64,000 bases of DNA from an uncultured Dehalococcoidia bacterium. Lineage in GTDB: Bacteria; Chloroflexota; Dehalococcoidia; Lucifugimonadales; GCA-2712585. Position 1 is the stretch's first letter; every line of letters starts with the position of its first letter. The position numbers and the translations under genes were made by a program. Shown piece after piece: positions 62,775 through 64,000 of the stretch. The stretch lies in the NCBI GenBank assembly GCA_958295715.1, contig OY282371.1, positions 1,406,267 to 1,470,266 on the forward strand. Direction: 5' to 3'. The notes under the pieces were generated by a model. That model ran no database searches and was not told the DNA's origin. It worked only from the letters and a program-made list of their open reading frames with translations.

Positions 62775-63851
62775 ATGAAGTTGCCATTTGGAGTCGTTGA
62801 CGCCGACGGTCATATCAATGAGCCGGAGACCAAGCTGATGTCGTACCTGGAGGGGCCCTACGCCGACATCAAGAACTTTCACAGCTACATACCCGGCGGC
62901 GACGGCGCGGTGGGGGGAAGCGTGATTGCCGGCAAGGACTATATGGACTCGTCCCTGGGGGGCAGGCTCGGCGCCCACGGCGGGCCCGACTTCCCAACGC
63001 CCCAGGAGTGGCTCGATAACGCCGACGTGGGGAGCATGGAGACGGTTTTCGTCTTCCCAACAACCCTCTTGGGTTACGCCCGCATCATCGACCCGGACTA
63101 CCTCATCGCCCTGACGAGGGCCTACAACAACTACATCTCCGAGGAGTGGTTGAAGTTCAGCCCCAGGTTCAAGTCGGTGGCCCTGATGCCGATGATGGAC
63201 GTCGAGGAGTCGATTAAGGAGATGCGGCGGTGCGTCACCGAGTTGGGCTTCAACGGGGTTTTCCTCTCCGCCGTCGGGTTTGGGCTGCTGGGCGAGAAGC
63301 GGAATGACCCCTTCTACGCCGAGGCGGAAAGGCTGGGAACCACCGTGGCCGTCCACGGCGGCCACGCCACCGCCGAGTCTCAGAAGTACACCAAGTTCAT
63401 CCAGAGGCACACCATCGGGTTCCCGGTTTCCAACATGATGCAGATGATGCACATGACCTACGAGGGCGTCTACGAGAAGTTCCCCACCCTTAAGGTCGGC
63501 TACCTGGAGGCGGGATGCACCTGGGTCCCCTACCTCCTGGACCGCATGGATGAGGAGTGGGAGAAGCGGGGCTGGTTTGAGACCCCCAACTGCAAGAAGA
63601 AGCCCAGCGAGTACATTAAGGGCGGGAACGTCTTCATCCACGCGGAGCCCGGCGAGGAGCTAATCCCCGAGGTCATCCGGGTGATGGGCTCCAACCGGCT
63701 CTTCTACGCCTCGGACTGGCCCCACTGGGACAACGAGTACCCGGACAGCGTGTTCCACATCTGGCAGCGGGACGACCTGACGGAGGAGCAGAAGCGGGGA
63801 ATACTGCGGGGCAACGCCTCGGAGATGTACGGCTTGGCGAACGGCGGCTAG
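62775..63851 (+). CDS. amidohydrolase-2 family (ACMSD-like) protein
   Basis: 358 aa. VVDADGHINEPE, ..ASDWPHWD. Paralogous in type to 25893-27122. Confidence 0.8.
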   Translation: MKLPFGVVDADGHINEPETKLMSYLEGPYADIKNFHSYIPGGDGAVGGSVIAGKDYMDSSLGGRLGAHGGPDFPTPQEWLDNADVGSMETVFVFPTTLLGYARIIDPDYLIALTRAYNNYISEEWLKFSPRFKSVALMPMMDVEESIKEMRRCVTELGFNGVFLSAVGFGLLGEKRNDPFYAEAERLGTTVAVHGGHATAESQKYTKFIQRHTIGFPVSNMMQMMHMTYEGVYEKFPTLKVGYLEAGCTWVPYLLDRMDEEWEKRGWFETPNCKKKPSEYIKGGNVFIHAEPGEELIPEVIRVMGSNRLFYASDWPHWDNEYPDSVFHIWQRDDLTEEQKRGILRGNASEMYGLANGG

Positions 63852-63867
63852 GGCCGGCTAGGGCCGG

Positions 63868-64000
63868 CTAGGTAAGGTCCCAGGACACCCCGACGTCCTG
63901 GGCCAGTTCCTTCAGTTCGTCGACCACCGCCGGCAGCAGGGGCACGCCGTTGGCCCTGCGCCGCTGCTCGCTGGCGTGCTCCGGGTCCCCGGCCACCAGA
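63868..64000 (-). CDS. 3' end of a gene running off the window (Ldh_2/malate-lactate dehydrogenase-like C-terminus, tentative)
   Basis: Reverse translation reads ..LVAGDPEHASEQRRRANGVPLLPAVVDELKELAQDVGVSWDLT* with the stop at 63868-63870. Partial, not in the ORF track. Confidence 0.4.
   Translation of the reverse strand, partial: LVAGDPEHASEQRRRANGVPLLPAVVDELKELAQDVGVSWDLT

Overview
High-GC chromosomal segment; single 60-nt lines hand-counted at about 65-68% GC. I support about 60 protein-coding genes, almost all housekeeping. I could not recognise any rRNA, tRNA or CRISPR array.

Main gene blocks:
- Co-directional minus-strand string 12283->5151: mtnA, mtnP, rhodanese, pfkB kinase, ahcY and metK (SAM cycle and MTA salvage), ending in a three-gene nitrile hydratase with a split beta subunit.
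- purL/purQ with a two-ORF EamA transporter.
- ino1, PimA-like GT4 and CDP-alcohol phosphatidyltransferase (inositol-lipid cluster).
- dcd-ribD-ribE-ribBA, with ribH located elsewhere.
- ThrC-like, NIL and ThiS/MoaD-like genes (sulfur-carrier cluster).
- Heat-shock divergon: hsp20 <> dnaJ-like, hspR, Clp ATPase.
- yacL-ispD-ispF-cysS.
- prfB with the classical +1 frameshift.
- Several amidohydrolase and base-excision-repair genes.

Unusual content:
1. A compositionally foreign patch (27.7-32.8 kb) encodes a Zn-ribbon SF2 helicase, a 590-aa acidic coiled-coil protein and a DUF4258-like toxin-type gene. This is my best candidate for an uncharacterised defence or DNA-surveillance module.
2. A mosaic intergenic repeat system occupies roughly 4 kb of the window. 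It is built from a 25-nt palindromic unit (GTCATTCCCGCGCAGGCGGGAATCC, ATTCCC-N8-GGGAAT type as in Neisseria dRS3/NIME), a covarying terminator-like hairpin module, larger repeated spacer modules and two tandem arrays.
3. An IS30-family element is inserted exactly inside one palindromic unit.
4. A G17 homopolymer lies in the dcd-rib leader.
5. Near-consensus sigma70-type promoters are present, including extended -10 boxes placed 6-9 nt from start codons (possible leaderless mRNAs).

Limits: all calls come from reading the sequence and recalling family motifs. No database search, folding or statistics were run. Domain names such as DUF4258, DUF6884, DUF2157 and bPH are pattern-level recollections.
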